From an uncultured Phycisphaerales bacterium (GTDB lineage: Bacteria; Planctomycetota; Phycisphaerae; Tepidisphaerales; Tepidisphaeraceae), in assembly GCA_963755915.1 (NCBI GenBank), contig CAVWLP010000003.1, positions 1,184,001 to 1,248,000 of the forward strand: a stretch of 64,000 bases of DNA, written 5' to 3'. The position numbers and the translations under genes were made by a program. The notes beneath the pieces were generated by a model. The model saw only the letters and a program-made list of their open reading frames with translations, was not told where the DNA came from and did not search any database. Positions 9,277-18,819 of this stretch are shown here, piece by piece (positions within the stretch are counted from its first letter, which is position 1; the number at the start of each line of letters is the position of its first letter).

Positions 9277-10434
9277 ATGCGTGTAAGATTGGGCTTCGTA
9301 TTGGTGGGACTATTGGTGTTGGGATGTGGTGATTCATTGTGCGCGGATTCGAGCTTGCCGGCGGGCGGGTTTTTGCTGGGGGCGGATATTTCGGCGCTGG
9401 GGCAGTTGGAGGGACGCGGGACGGTGTTCAGCGACGGGGGGAAAAATGAGGATGCCATCGCGATCTTCCGGCGGCATGGGTGGAACTGCTTTCGACTGAG
9501 ACTGTTTGTGAATCCGAACGGGCGCGGGGGGACGGTGAATACGCTGGAATATACGCGGGCACTGGCAAAGAGGATTCGGGGGGTGGGGGCGACGTTTATC
9601 CTGGATATTCATTATTCGGATACCTGGGCCGACCCGCAGCACCAGGTGAAGCCGGCGGCGTGGAAGAATTTGAGCTTTGAGGAGCTGCAGGGGGCGGTGG
9701 AGAAATATACGGCGGATGTGCTGGGGGATTTGAAGAAGAATGATGCGCTGCCGCAGATCGTTCAGGTTGGGAATGAGATTACCGGGGGAACGCTTTGGCC
9801 GGATGGGCAGGTGAGGGTGCCGGTTTCGACGGTGAAGGTGTATGACGCGACGGTAAAGCCGGTGAAGGTGACGGAGCCTTATGATGATGCGGCGCAGTGG
9901 GACCGGTTTTGCAGAATACTTCGCGCGGGGATTCGAGGGGTGAGGGAAGCGACAGTTTCGGCGGATGGGGTGAGGGTGATGATTCATATCGACTGCGGAG
10001 GGGATTGGCCGGTGACGAAATGGTTCTTCGATCATCTGCGCGAGCACCAGGTTGATTATGACATTATCGGGCAGAGTTATTACCCGTACTGGCATGGGAC
10101 GCTGGAAAATGTGCGGGAGAATTTGCGGGAGACGGCGCTGCGGTATCAGAAGGATATCGTGATCGTGGAGACGGCTTATCCGTGGAAGGATGCGGGGAGA
10201 TGGGCGTCGCGGAAGAATATGGCTTGGGGGATTTCGGCGCAGGGGCAGATGCAATTTATGCATGATCTTATTTCAGCGGTGCGGGAGACGCCGGGGGGAC
10301 ATGGGACGGGGGTGATTTACTGGCATCCGGAATCGATGGCAATTCCGAATAGGACGGGGGTGCAGTGGAATGGGGGGGATATGGCTTTGTTTGATGAGAA
10401 GGGGGTTGCGTTGCCGGCGTTGGTTGATGAATAG
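9277..10434 (+). CDS. GH53 endo-beta-1,4-galactanase (secreted)
   Basis: GADIS, RLRLFVNP, LDIHYSDTWADP, VQVGNEI, SYYPYW, IVETAYP, YWHPE. Confidence 0.92.
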   Translation: MRVRLGFVLVGLLVLGCGDSLCADSSLPAGGFLLGADISALGQLEGRGTVFSDGGKNEDAIAIFRRHGWNCFRLRLFVNPNGRGGTVNTLEYTRALAKRIRGVGATFILDIHYSDTWADPQHQVKPAAWKNLSFEELQGAVEKYTADVLGDLKKNDALPQIVQVGNEITGGTLWPDGQVRVPVSTVKVYDATVKPVKVTEPYDDAAQWDRFCRILRAGIRGVREATVSADGVRVMIHIDCGGDWPVTKWFFDHLREHQVDYDIIGQSYYPYWHGTLENVRENLRETALRYQKDIVIVETAYPWKDAGRWASRKNMAWGISAQGQMQFMHDLISAVRETPGGHGTGVIYWHPESMAIPNRTGVQWNGGDMALFDEKGVALPALVDE

Positions 10435-10471
10435 CGTGGACCTATTTAACGCGGAGAATTTTTTTACACGG

Positions 10472-10511
10472 CCCTCACCCCGGCCCTCTCCCGGAGTACC
10501 GGGCGAGGGGG
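10472..10511 (+). repeat. REP-like hairpin repeat (CCCTCACCCC..CCCTCTCCC..GGGAGAGGG family), copy 1
   Basis: Near-identical copies at 16071, 28023, 31925, 33538; degenerate copy at 6135. Confidence 0.85.
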
Positions 10512-12961
10512 AAGGAGGGGGAGTGGTTTTCGGTGGTGGGGATTTCGAGGTGGGCGGGGGTTAGGGCGAAGGCGGTGGCTTTGAGGGTGATTTTTCCGGG
10601 GCGTTTGCCGGACTGGAGAAGGATGGTGGCGATGCCGGCTTCGGTGGGTGCGGGGTTGGGGCCGATTAATTTGGCGTCGCCGGTGACGGAGAATTCGACG
10701 GATTCGTCGGAGAGGGGGCAGGGGGTGCCGCGGGCGTCGAGGATGTTGGCGTGGAGGCGGATCCAGTCGGAGCCGTCGGCGGTGAGGGTTTTGCCGCAGA
10801 AATCGGGGCGAAGCTCAAGGGCGCGAGGGCGCCGGGGGGATGGACGACGTGGGAGGCGACGACGATGCCGCCGGTGATTCCTTCGGCGAGGACTTCAAGC
10901 GGGGGGTTTTCTACGCGGGCTACGCCGGTCATATACATGGTGGATTGTTCGTGGGCGAAGCAATCGACGTGGAAGGTGAAAGGGGGATGGGGGATGGACC
11001 AGCCGGGGTCGGGGCGTTTGCGGGCGATTTCGCGGCCGTCGACGCAGAGGCGGACTTCGTCGCAGTTGCTGAAGACGGTGACGGTTGTGGGAGAGAGGAA
11101 AGTGGCGTAGTTGGCGATGAAGACCATGGGGCCGTCGCTGAGGCCGGGGACGTGGATTTCGGGGGCGCTGGCTTTGGAAAAAGTAGTAGCTGAATTTGGG
11201 GAGGCGGAAGAGGTCGAGGACGCCGCCGAAGAAGGGCTGGCGATGGTAGCCGCGCTGGCAGTCGATGCCGGCCCAGAGGTTGGCGCCACCGAGGCGATTG
11301 AAGTCGGCACCGCGGGCGTGGTTGCAGCGGCCGGAGATGATTTCGTCGAGGCGCGAGGCGTGGGAGGTTGCCTGGATGAGGAGCGGGGTTTCGCCCCAGG
11401 CGCGGGGGACTCGGCTGCGGGATTGCTGGTCGGACCAGTTGTCGACGTGGTCGCCCCACTCGCGGATCCAGGTTGGTTTTGTACCGTCGCCGCGAAGGTA
11501 GTCGACGTCCCAGGCTTGGCCGTCTTTTTCGCGATCGCCGGCGGTGAAGCACTGGTCGCCGGGATATTCTTCGTGGATGGCCTGCTGGAGGCGGGGGAGG
11601 ATTGGGCGGTTGTCGGATTCGTTGAGCGCGGCTTCCCAGAGGATGACAGAGGGGTGATTGCGGTCGCGGCGGACCATAAGCCGGGCGTTGGCGACGGCGC
11701 GGTCCTGGAATTTCTCCCCACCGACGAATTGCCAGCCGGGGTTGGAGACGATGGCGAGCATGCCGAGCTCGTCGCAGGCGTCGAGGAAGGAGACGGCCTG
11801 GGGGTAGTGGCTGCGGTAGGAAGTGAAGCCGGCCTCGCGGAGTTTTTTGACGTCGCGGTATTGGGCGCTGTCGGGCATGGCGTAGCCGACAAAGGGATGG
11901 TCCTGGTGACGGTTGGCGCCAATGGAAAAGATTTTTTTGTCGTTGATGAGGAGGCCCTGCTTGGGGTCGAAACAGATTCGGCGGATTCCGATGCGGGTGG
12001 AGATTTCGTCGACGGGAGCGCCGTTGCCGAAGACGCGGGTTTTGAGGGTGTGGAGATGCGGGTGATGCGGGTGCCAGAGGCGCGGGGTCGTGACTTCGAT
12101 GTTGTGGACGAAGGTGGAGTCGGACTGCGGCTCGATGGCGCGGGCGGAGGCGGCGCGGGCGACGAGTCGGCCGGTGGGGTCGAGAAGTTCCTGGACGACG
12201 AGGCAGTGTTTCGATTCCGGGGATTGGTTGCGGACGTCGGTTTTGATTTCGACGGCGGCGGAGTGTTCGGAGACGCGCGGAAAGGTGACGAAGACCCCCC
12301 CACCGGCGACGCGCTGATCGAGGATTGCGTCGGAAATGTGCAGCGGGTCCATGACTTCGAGGCGGACGTTGCGGTAGAGGCCGCCGAAGTAGGTGAAATC
12401 GAGTTCGTGCTGGAGCTTGCCGGGAGGGACGTCGGGGTTGTCGCGATTGTCGAGGCGGACGGCGAGGCGATTGGCGGTGGGACCAAAATCGAGCTCACGC
12501 GTGAGGTCGATGGCGAAGGGGAGGTAGCCGCAGTGGTTGGTGGCGATTTTGCGGCCGTTTAACCAGACATCGGCGACCTGCATGGCGCCTTCGAAATTGA
12601 GATAGATGATGCGGCCTTTCCATTCGGGAGGAATGTTCAGCTCGCGGAAATAGCAGCAGATTCCCTGGAAATTTCGGCCGCCGCTGGCGTTGAGAGGCTC
12701 AATGCGGACGGAATGGGGGAGATTGACCTGCTCCCAATCGGAGGATTGCAAAGAGTCGACGGCGGCGAAATCGTGGGACTGTGCATCGCGCTCGAATCTC
12801 CGGAAGCGCCAATCCTGATTGAGGGAGAAGACGAGGCGCGGGGCGGACGCGTTGGCGACGGCGAGAGCTTCGAGGGTTTTGTCGAGACGACGAACGACGG
12901 GAAGCTTTTTGCGCGGCGCGGCCGGCTTTCGGCGGGAGACATCGCTGAGGGATCTGGCCAA
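10475..12961 (-). CDS. GH2 beta-galactosidase-like glycoside hydrolase (two apparent frameshifts at ~11165 and ~10825)
   Basis: LNFEGAMQ, YFGGLYRNV, GANRHQD, YRSHYP, RNHPSVILWEAALNE; continues in other frames as TVFSNCDEVRL and then LTADGSDWIRL..AGIATILLQS to TGA at 10475. Confidence 0.85.
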
Positions 12962-12964
12962 GGT

Positions 12965-14086
12965 TCAGCTCCCGTTCTGTCCATAGGAATCGAGCGCCGG
13001 GAGCGCGTTGCCCGCCTGGTCGAATAATGCTTCGTAGCCATGTCTCCAGACGTGCGGAAGGCCCGGGGCGGGAATTGCTTCGGGATACCAGTATATAAAT
13101 CCGATGCCGTGGTTTCCAGGCGCGGCTTTGAGGGCGGCGGTCAGATCGTGCAGGTATTGCTTCTGGCCATCGGGGGTCTGGGGCCACTGGAGGGTGGCGA
13201 GGCCAATTTTGTCGGGGAGGGCTTTCCAGGGGTAACTGGTTTCGGCGAGGACCACGTCTTTACCACTAATGGAGACGGCGTCGATGAGGTTCTGCTTCAG
13301 GACGTCGAAGGAATCGTTCCAGGCGGGGTAGAAGCTGAGGCCGAGGATGTCGTAGTCGGCGGGGTCGATTTTGAATTTGCCGAGGAAATATTTGGCCATG
13401 CCTTCCAGGCCACCACCGTGGATGTGGATGACAATACGGATGGGGTGCTCGGGGGTTTGGGCTTCGCGGACGGCTTTGCAGCCGGCGTCGACAAGCTGGG
13501 CAAAATGATTCCAGTGGAGGTCTTCAGTGCCGGGTGGGACATCGAGGACCTGGCCCTGTGGCCAGAGCATGCCGGCGGTGATTTCGTTGCCAACCTGGAC
13601 CCAGTCGGGCGGGGTGCCGGCGGCGGCGAGGGTTTTGAGGACGTTGGCAGTGTAGTCGTGAACTTTCTGGCGGAGGTCGTCGAAATTCAGGTTCTTCCAG
13701 TGCTCGGGGGTAAATTGCTTGCCGGGGTCGGCCCAGGTGTCGGAGTAGTGGATATCGAGGAGGAAAAGGGCGCCGGTGCCCTTGATGCGGCCGGCGAGGC
13801 CGCGGACGTAATTGAGGTCCTGGACGGCGCCGTCGGTTTTGGCGTAGGAGGGGTTGGGGTTGACGAAGAGCCGGACGCGGAAGAGGTTGCAGCCGCCCGA
13901 GCGCATGATCTGGAGGGCGTCGCCGGGATGGTTGTGATCGCGGAAGACAGCGCCGGAGGTTTCGAGGGTGGGGAGCATGGAGATGTCGGCGCCGGTGATG
14001 AAGGATTGGTCGGCGGCGCCGGCGGATTGGGATAGCAGCAAGCCGCAGAGAATTGTCGGGATGACGTGAGCGAGTCTCATGGGCAT
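12965..14086 (-). CDS. GH53 endo-beta-1,4-galactanase (secreted)
   Basis: Signal peptide; GADIS, RVRLFVNP, LDIHYSDTWADPGKQ, VQVGNEI, LAETSYP, YWYPE. Confidence 0.92.
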   Translation of the reverse strand: MPMRLAHVIPTILCGLLLSQSAGAADQSFITGADISMLPTLETSGAVFRDHNHPGDALQIMRSGGCNLFRVRLFVNPNPSYAKTDGAVQDLNYVRGLAGRIKGTGALFLLDIHYSDTWADPGKQFTPEHWKNLNFDDLRQKVHDYTANVLKTLAAAGTPPDWVQVGNEITAGMLWPQGQVLDVPPGTEDLHWNHFAQLVDAGCKAVREAQTPEHPIRIVIHIHGGGLEGMAKYFLGKFKIDPADYDILGLSFYPAWNDSFDVLKQNLIDAVSISGKDVVLAETSYPWKALPDKIGLATLQWPQTPDGQKQYLHDLTAALKAAPGNHGIGFIYWYPEAIPAPGLPHVWRHGYEALFDQAGNALPALDSYGQNGS

Positions 14087-14089
14087 GTC

Positions 14090-14604
14090 TTAGTAAACAA
14101 AAAGCTGGTCGACAACCGACCCATCGGGAGATTTAATCGAGAACACGTCATTTGCGCGGGTCGGCGTATGGCAGCCAATCGTTATTCGGCCGGGGACGCT
14201 TTACCATCATGCCCGATTCGATAAACCATCGCTCGTGGAGCAAACCCACAGTATTGGGCGGTTGTCCTTTGGACTGAGCGTCGGCGAAGGCTGCCTCCAA
14301 CCGTTTTTTTGCGTCTGGGTTGTATTTGGCCAGATAGGCGCAGAATGATTTATCTCCGTTGTCGTAGGTATAGACTTCGGCAATCACGGCGGTTTTACCG
14401 TTATGATCGAATGGCGCGACTTTATAGGTGCTATCCTCGAACCAGGTCTGGCCATCATCATCAGAATAATAGGTCATGGCGATATTTGGTTTTTTCTGAG
14501 GCCAGAATTGAAAGGCGAGAGAGACCGCGGCAACAAGAATCAAGCCGCAGCCGATGGCGACGGACAACCCCTTTCGGACCCCTAAGAGCGCTGCGAATAA
14601 ACAT
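14090..14604 (-). CDS. Small membrane-anchored hypothetical protein downstream of DUF1559 gene (apparent frameshifts near both ends)
   Basis: Core ORF 14148..14567 with N-terminal TM and YYSDDDGQTWF..PFDHNGK. ATG at 14604 (MFIRSALRGPKG) and the tail SPDGSVVDQLFVY* at 14090 lie in other frames. Confidence 0.6.
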
Positions 14605-14614
14605 AAATCGCCGA

Positions 14615-15625
14615 TTACTTTGGATTCAGGCAGATGTCCTGGGCGACCACTGTGCCCAAAGCCCTACTCTCCACATGTCCGTCACCGAAAAGGAAATTGG
14701 CTGAAGTGTTGTTCAGGTGACGAAACCGCATGTTGCAGGTTGCAAAACCGAACTGTCCGTTCCAGGTGTTGTTGGAGTAGTCGGAGTTTGCTAATTGCAG
14801 GTAGGATTTTGTCACGGTTCCAGCGGTGATGCTGCTGGCCTTGGATCCCGGGTACCAGGTGGGGTCGCCGAGGGAAATCGGATTGCTGTAATCGGCGGGC
14901 GTAAATTGAGAGGGAACCGCTGGATTGGGATAGCATAATCCATGCCCGTCTGTCGCCTGATAATTATCGACCGTGCCAGAATAGACGGGGGTGCAACCGA
15001 AATTAGTACCCTGACCCAGATTGCATGCACCACACCACATCACCATCACCTGGGCCGGATGCCGGATAGAGGTGAATTTTCGCACCGGATAGGTGACGAG
15101 GCCTGATGGGGTGCCGACCGCGGCTGAATATCCACCGAAGTAAGGATCCCAGAGTTGCGACTGGTTATTCAATATCCCAAACGCTCTTGCGTTCGCAACG
15201 TAGGCGGTGGCGTGGGCATACCAGGGCTCACCGCCCACATCAAGGTCCTGAAATACGGCTGAGTCCTGTGCGGGCTCAAGCATATAGGCATAGGTCTGGG
15301 ACGTGGCAGTAATCGGCGTGGTTGGCTGTTGCGGAAAGCCCGGAGGCGGCGGATTGGTTTTGTTGTTGAGAAGGGTCAGGGTATCCGCGTAGGTTGTGTA
15401 GTAGTAGCCGTCATATGCTGCTGGACCATATCCCTGATTCTCGTTGACATAAATCAGGAGCATCTGTCCGATGGTTCGCAGATTCGATTGACACTCGAGG
15501 GAATTCGCCTGCTGCCGGGCCTTTTGCAGGGCCGGCAGGAGAACCGAGATCAGCAGGGCAATAATGCCGATGACCACCAGGAGTTCAACCAGTGTGAAAC
15601 CCTCTGCCGACCTCGCTCGCCGCAT
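14615..15625 (-). CDS. DUF1559-like prepilin-type protein with H-X9-DG motif
   Basis: [66 protein letters not shown]. Confidence 0.9.
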   Translation of the reverse strand: MRRARSAEGFTLVELLVVIGIIALLISVLLPALQKARQQANSLECQSNLRTIGQMLLIYVNENQGYGPAAYDGYYYTTYADTLTLLNNKTNPPPPGFPQQPTTPITATSQTYAYMLEPAQDSAVFQDLDVGGEPWYAHATAYVANARAFGILNNQSQLWDPYFGGYSAAVGTPSGLVTYPVRKFTSIRHPAQVMVMWCGACNLGQGTNFGCTPVYSGTVDNYQATDGHGLCYPNPAVPSQFTPADYSNPISLGDPTWYPGSKASSITAGTVTKSYLQLANSDYSNNTWNGQFGFATCNMRFRHLNNTSANFLFGDGHVESRALGTVVAQDICLNPK

Positions 15626-15675
15626 GGGACGCTCCTGTTCAAGATGGACGAAGTGCCTTACCCTCATTGCGGTTA

Positions 15676-15740
15676 ATTTTACCTCGTCGGAAACCGGGTA
15701 ATATCTATAACTGCGAATAATCTCTTCAACTTTGCGACAG
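15676..15740 (-). promoter_or_regulatory. Candidate XylR-type activator site and -10 box
   Basis: Minus strand CTGTCGCAAAGTTGAAGAGATTATTCGCAG (half-sites 15737/15716); TAAAAT at 15681-15676. Confidence 0.65.
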
Positions 15741-16070
15741 GGGCGGGGGCGGAAATTCGAAACTGGAAACTCGGAGGCCCGGACGCCTCCGGGGCGTACT
15801 CGCCGATTGCGGCGCCAGATGATCCATTGGGCCGTCCGCGGCTCCGACGAATAAAACTTGAAATTCGAAAGAACACCGTGGAACTCCTTTTGATCTTTTC
15901 GTCATTTGGTCGTCCGTATTTGATACGAATTTCGCTCTTTCGAAGTTTTGGTTTCATATTGCGGGGGTGGCGCGGGGAGGGGTTTTGTTCGCAATTGCGG
16001 GCGGTGGTGGAAGAGAATTGATGTCGTGATGATCCGGCAGAATCGCGGGTGGTCCGAGATTTTTTCACGG

Positions 16071-16110
16071 CCCTCACCCCTGCCCTCTCCCGGAGTACCG
16101 GGAGAGGGGG
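16071..16110 (+). repeat. REP-like hairpin repeat, copy 2
   Basis: CCCTCACCCCTGCCCTCTCCCGGAGTACCGGGAGAGGGGG. Confidence 0.85.
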
Positions 16111-16121
16111 TAGGAGGGGGT

Positions 16122-18683
16122 ATGCTCTGGGCCCTCTTGCCAGTCCTTGCTCTTTGGTCATTATTTGCGGCAAGGACGATGGCGGACGACTCACCACGAT
16201 TGCGATCCTCGATGGATTTTGGGTGGAAGTTTTTTGCGGGGGATACTGAAGGGGCGCAGGGGGCTGGGTTTGATGATTCGAAGTGGGAGGGCGTGGATTT
16301 GCCACATGATTGGAGCATCTACGGGGCGTTCGATCAGAATGCGGCGAGCGGGGGTGGCGGGGGTTATTTGCCAACTGGGGTGGGGTGGTATCGGAAGACG
16401 TTTGTGGCGCCGGACAGTTTTCGGGGGCGGCTGGTGCGGGTGGAGTTTGATGGGGTTTATGAGAACAGCGAGGTTGGGATCAATGGGCATTTTCTGGGGA
16501 GACGGCCGTTTGGGTATATCGGGTTTGCGTATGAGGTTGGGACGTATTTGAATTTCGGGGGGCGGGGGAATGTGATCGCGGTGCGGGTGGATAATTCGTT
16601 TCAGCCGAACTCGCGGTGGTATAGCGGGTCGGGGATAGACCGGCATACGTGGCTGAGCGTGACGGATTTTCTGGCGATCGAGCCGGGAGGGATTTTTGTT
16701 GATACGCCGGTGGTGTCGGCGGATTTGGGGGTGATTCAAGTGGCGACGGAAATCGCGAACCGGCGAGGTGAGGGGGCAAAGTTTACACTGATCTCTACCT
16801 TGGTGGATGGGGATGGGAATGAGGTGCAGTCGGCGAGTTCGCAGGATGAGCTGGAGGCGGGGGAATCGGGGAAGATCACGCAGCAGATTCGGGTGGAGAA
16901 CCCGAGGCTCTGGTCGGTCGGGGATCCGTATGTTTATACGCTGCGGAGCGAGGTGCGGGTGGGGGATGAGGTGGTGGACCGGGTGCAGACGCCATTTGGA
17001 ATTCGCTCGGCGGTGTTTGATGTGGGCCGGGGATTTTTGCTGAATGGAATTCCCGTGAAGTTGAACGGGGTGTGTTTGCACGGAGATGGCGGGAGCGTGG
17101 GAGCGGCGGTGCCGGTGGGGGTTTGGCGGAGAAGGCTGGAGCTTTTGAAACAGATGGGGTGCAACGCGATACGGACGAGCCATAATCCGCCGGCGCCGGA
17201 GTTTCTGGATTTGTGCGATCGGATGGGATTTGTGGTGATGGATGAGGCGTTTGACGAATGGACTGCGGGGAAGACGCCGGGGGGATATCACCGATTTTTT
17301 GATGAGTGGTCGCAGCGGGACCTGGTGGATTTCATTCGGCGGGACCGGAATCATCCGTGCGTGGTGCTGTGGAGCGCGGGGAATGAGATTCAGGAGCAGG
17401 TGTTGCCGGGGGGAGCGGATGTGCTGAGGCCGCTGGTGGAGACGTTTCATCGGGAGGATCCGACGCGGCCGGTGACGGCGGCGTGCGACAAGATTTTCGC
17501 GGAGCCGATCAGTGCGCCGCCGGAGTTTGCGGGGCTGCTGGATGTGGTGGGATATAACTATGTGGATCGGTGGCTGGAGCGCGCGGGGACGTATTACAGC
17601 GAGGATCGCGAGCGATTTCCGGAGCGAAGATTTGTGGGGACGGAGAGCGTTTCGATGGGGGGAATTCGGGGGGATTATCGGGGGTGGTTTGCGGGAGCAT
17701 CAACGCAGCCGGCGGCGGAAGTCGTGTTGCCGCCGACAACAATGCCGGGGGGATTGACGGGCGTTGGGCGAAGACGGTTTCGCCCCCCACCGCCGACGAA
17801 TCGGCAGGTGGATGTGGAGCAGCTTTACAAGTTTGTGCGGACGAACGATTACGTTTCCGGGGATTTCATGTGGACGGGGATTGATTACCTGGGGGAGGCG
17901 TTCTGGCCGGCGCAGAGCGCGAGCTTTGGGGTGCTGGACACGTGCGGGTTTAAGAAGGACGGATATTATTTTTATCAGAGCCAGTGGACGACGACGCCGA
18001 TGGTGCATTTGTTTCCGCACTGGAACTGGAGGGGGCATGAAGGGGAGATTATTCCGGTGATCGCGTATACGAATTGCGATACGGTGGAGCTGGTGGTGAA
18101 CGGGAAATCGTTTGGGGTAAAGGGGTATGAATTTCCGCGGCGGGGGATGATGGAGGATTACGGGAATTATCCGCCGCGGGCGCGGGAGGTGAGAACGACG
18201 GCGGATTTGCACCTGGAGTGGGATGTGCCGTATGAGGCGGGGACGGTGCGGGCGATTGGGAAGATCAACGGGAAGGTTGTGGCGACAGAGGAGATTCAGA
18301 CCACGGGGGATGCGGCGGGCGTGGTGATATCGGCGGATAAGAATGTGATGGGCGCGGATGGGCGCGATGTGGTGCATATCACCGCTTCGATCGTGGACGG
18401 CGAGGGGAGGATGGTTCCAACGTCCGATAACGAAGTGACCTTTGACATCCAGGGCCCGGGGAAATTGATCGGGGTGGATAACGGGAATCCGGTAGATCAC
18501 GCGGGGTTTAAGGTGAATCACTGCAAGGCGTTTGGGGGGCTTTGCCTGGCGATTGTGCAGGCGACGCGAGATGGCGGGGTGATCCGGATCAGCGCGTCTT
18601 CGCCGGGGTTGAAGGGGGCGGGGATCGAGATTTTGTCGAAGGCGGTGGAGAGAGATAGGGAGCAAGATTCGTTCATTCCTTAA
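16122..18683 (+). CDS. GH2 beta-galactosidase (secreted)
   Basis: AGGAGG RBS before ATG 16122; DLPHDWSI, GWYRKTF, FDGVY, SRWYSGSGI, NAIRTSHNPP, RDRNHPCVVLWSAGNEI, FMWTGIDYLGE, GVDNGNP. Confidence 0.92.
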   Translation: MLWALLPVLALWSLFAARTMADDSPRLRSSMDFGWKFFAGDTEGAQGAGFDDSKWEGVDLPHDWSIYGAFDQNAASGGGGGYLPTGVGWYRKTFVAPDSFRGRLVRVEFDGVYENSEVGINGHFLGRRPFGYIGFAYEVGTYLNFGGRGNVIAVRVDNSFQPNSRWYSGSGIDRHTWLSVTDFLAIEPGGIFVDTPVVSADLGVIQVATEIANRRGEGAKFTLISTLVDGDGNEVQSASSQDELEAGESGKITQQIRVENPRLWSVGDPYVYTLRSEVRVGDEVVDRVQTPFGIRSAVFDVGRGFLLNGIPVKLNGVCLHGDGGSVGAAVPVGVWRRRLELLKQMGCNAIRTSHNPPAPEFLDLCDRMGFVVMDEAFDEWTAGKTPGGYHRFFDEWSQRDLVDFIRRDRNHPCVVLWSAGNEIQEQVLPGGADVLRPLVETFHREDPTRPVTAACDKIFAEPISAPPEFAGLLDVVGYNYVDRWLERAGTYYSEDRERFPERRFVGTESVSMGGIRGDYRGWFAGASTQPAAEVVLPPTTMPGGLTGVGRRRFRPPPPTNRQVDVEQLYKFVRTNDYVSGDFMWTGIDYLGEAFWPAQSASFGVLDTCGFKKDGYYFYQSQWTTTPMVHLFPHWNWRGHEGEIIPVIAYTNCDTVELVVNGKSFGVKGYEFPRRGMMEDYGNYPPRAREVRTTADLHLEWDVPYEAGTVRAIGKINGKVVATEEIQTTGDAAGVVISADKNVMGADGRDVVHITASIVDGEGRMVPTSDNEVTFDIQGPGKLIGVDNGNPVDHAGFKVNHCKAFGGLCLAIVQATRDGGVIRISASSPGLKGAGIEILSKAVERDREQDSFIP

Positions 18684-18690
18684 TTGGCGA

Positions 18691-18756
18691 TTGTCGCAAA
18701 ATCGAAGTATTTGTTCGCAAGTATTCATGGAGCGGAAGAAATCGGGGGCGTACCCT
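18691..18756 (+). promoter_or_regulatory. Candidate XylR-type activator site and -10 box
   Basis: TTGTCGCAAAATCGAAGTATTTGTTCGCAAGTATTCAT (18694/18715); TACCCT at 18751. Confidence 0.6.
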
Positions 18757-18819
18757 GTGAGCAGCGCGAAATCGGCGCCGGTCTCTCGGCGTATCGACGG
18801 ATACCGTTTCGGAGGGTTT

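Noticed and set aside
15948-16121. N-terminal extension of GH2 containing the REP-encoded peptide
   Set aside because: A better start with AGGAGG and a signal peptide lies at 16122, so the repeat is probably untranslated.
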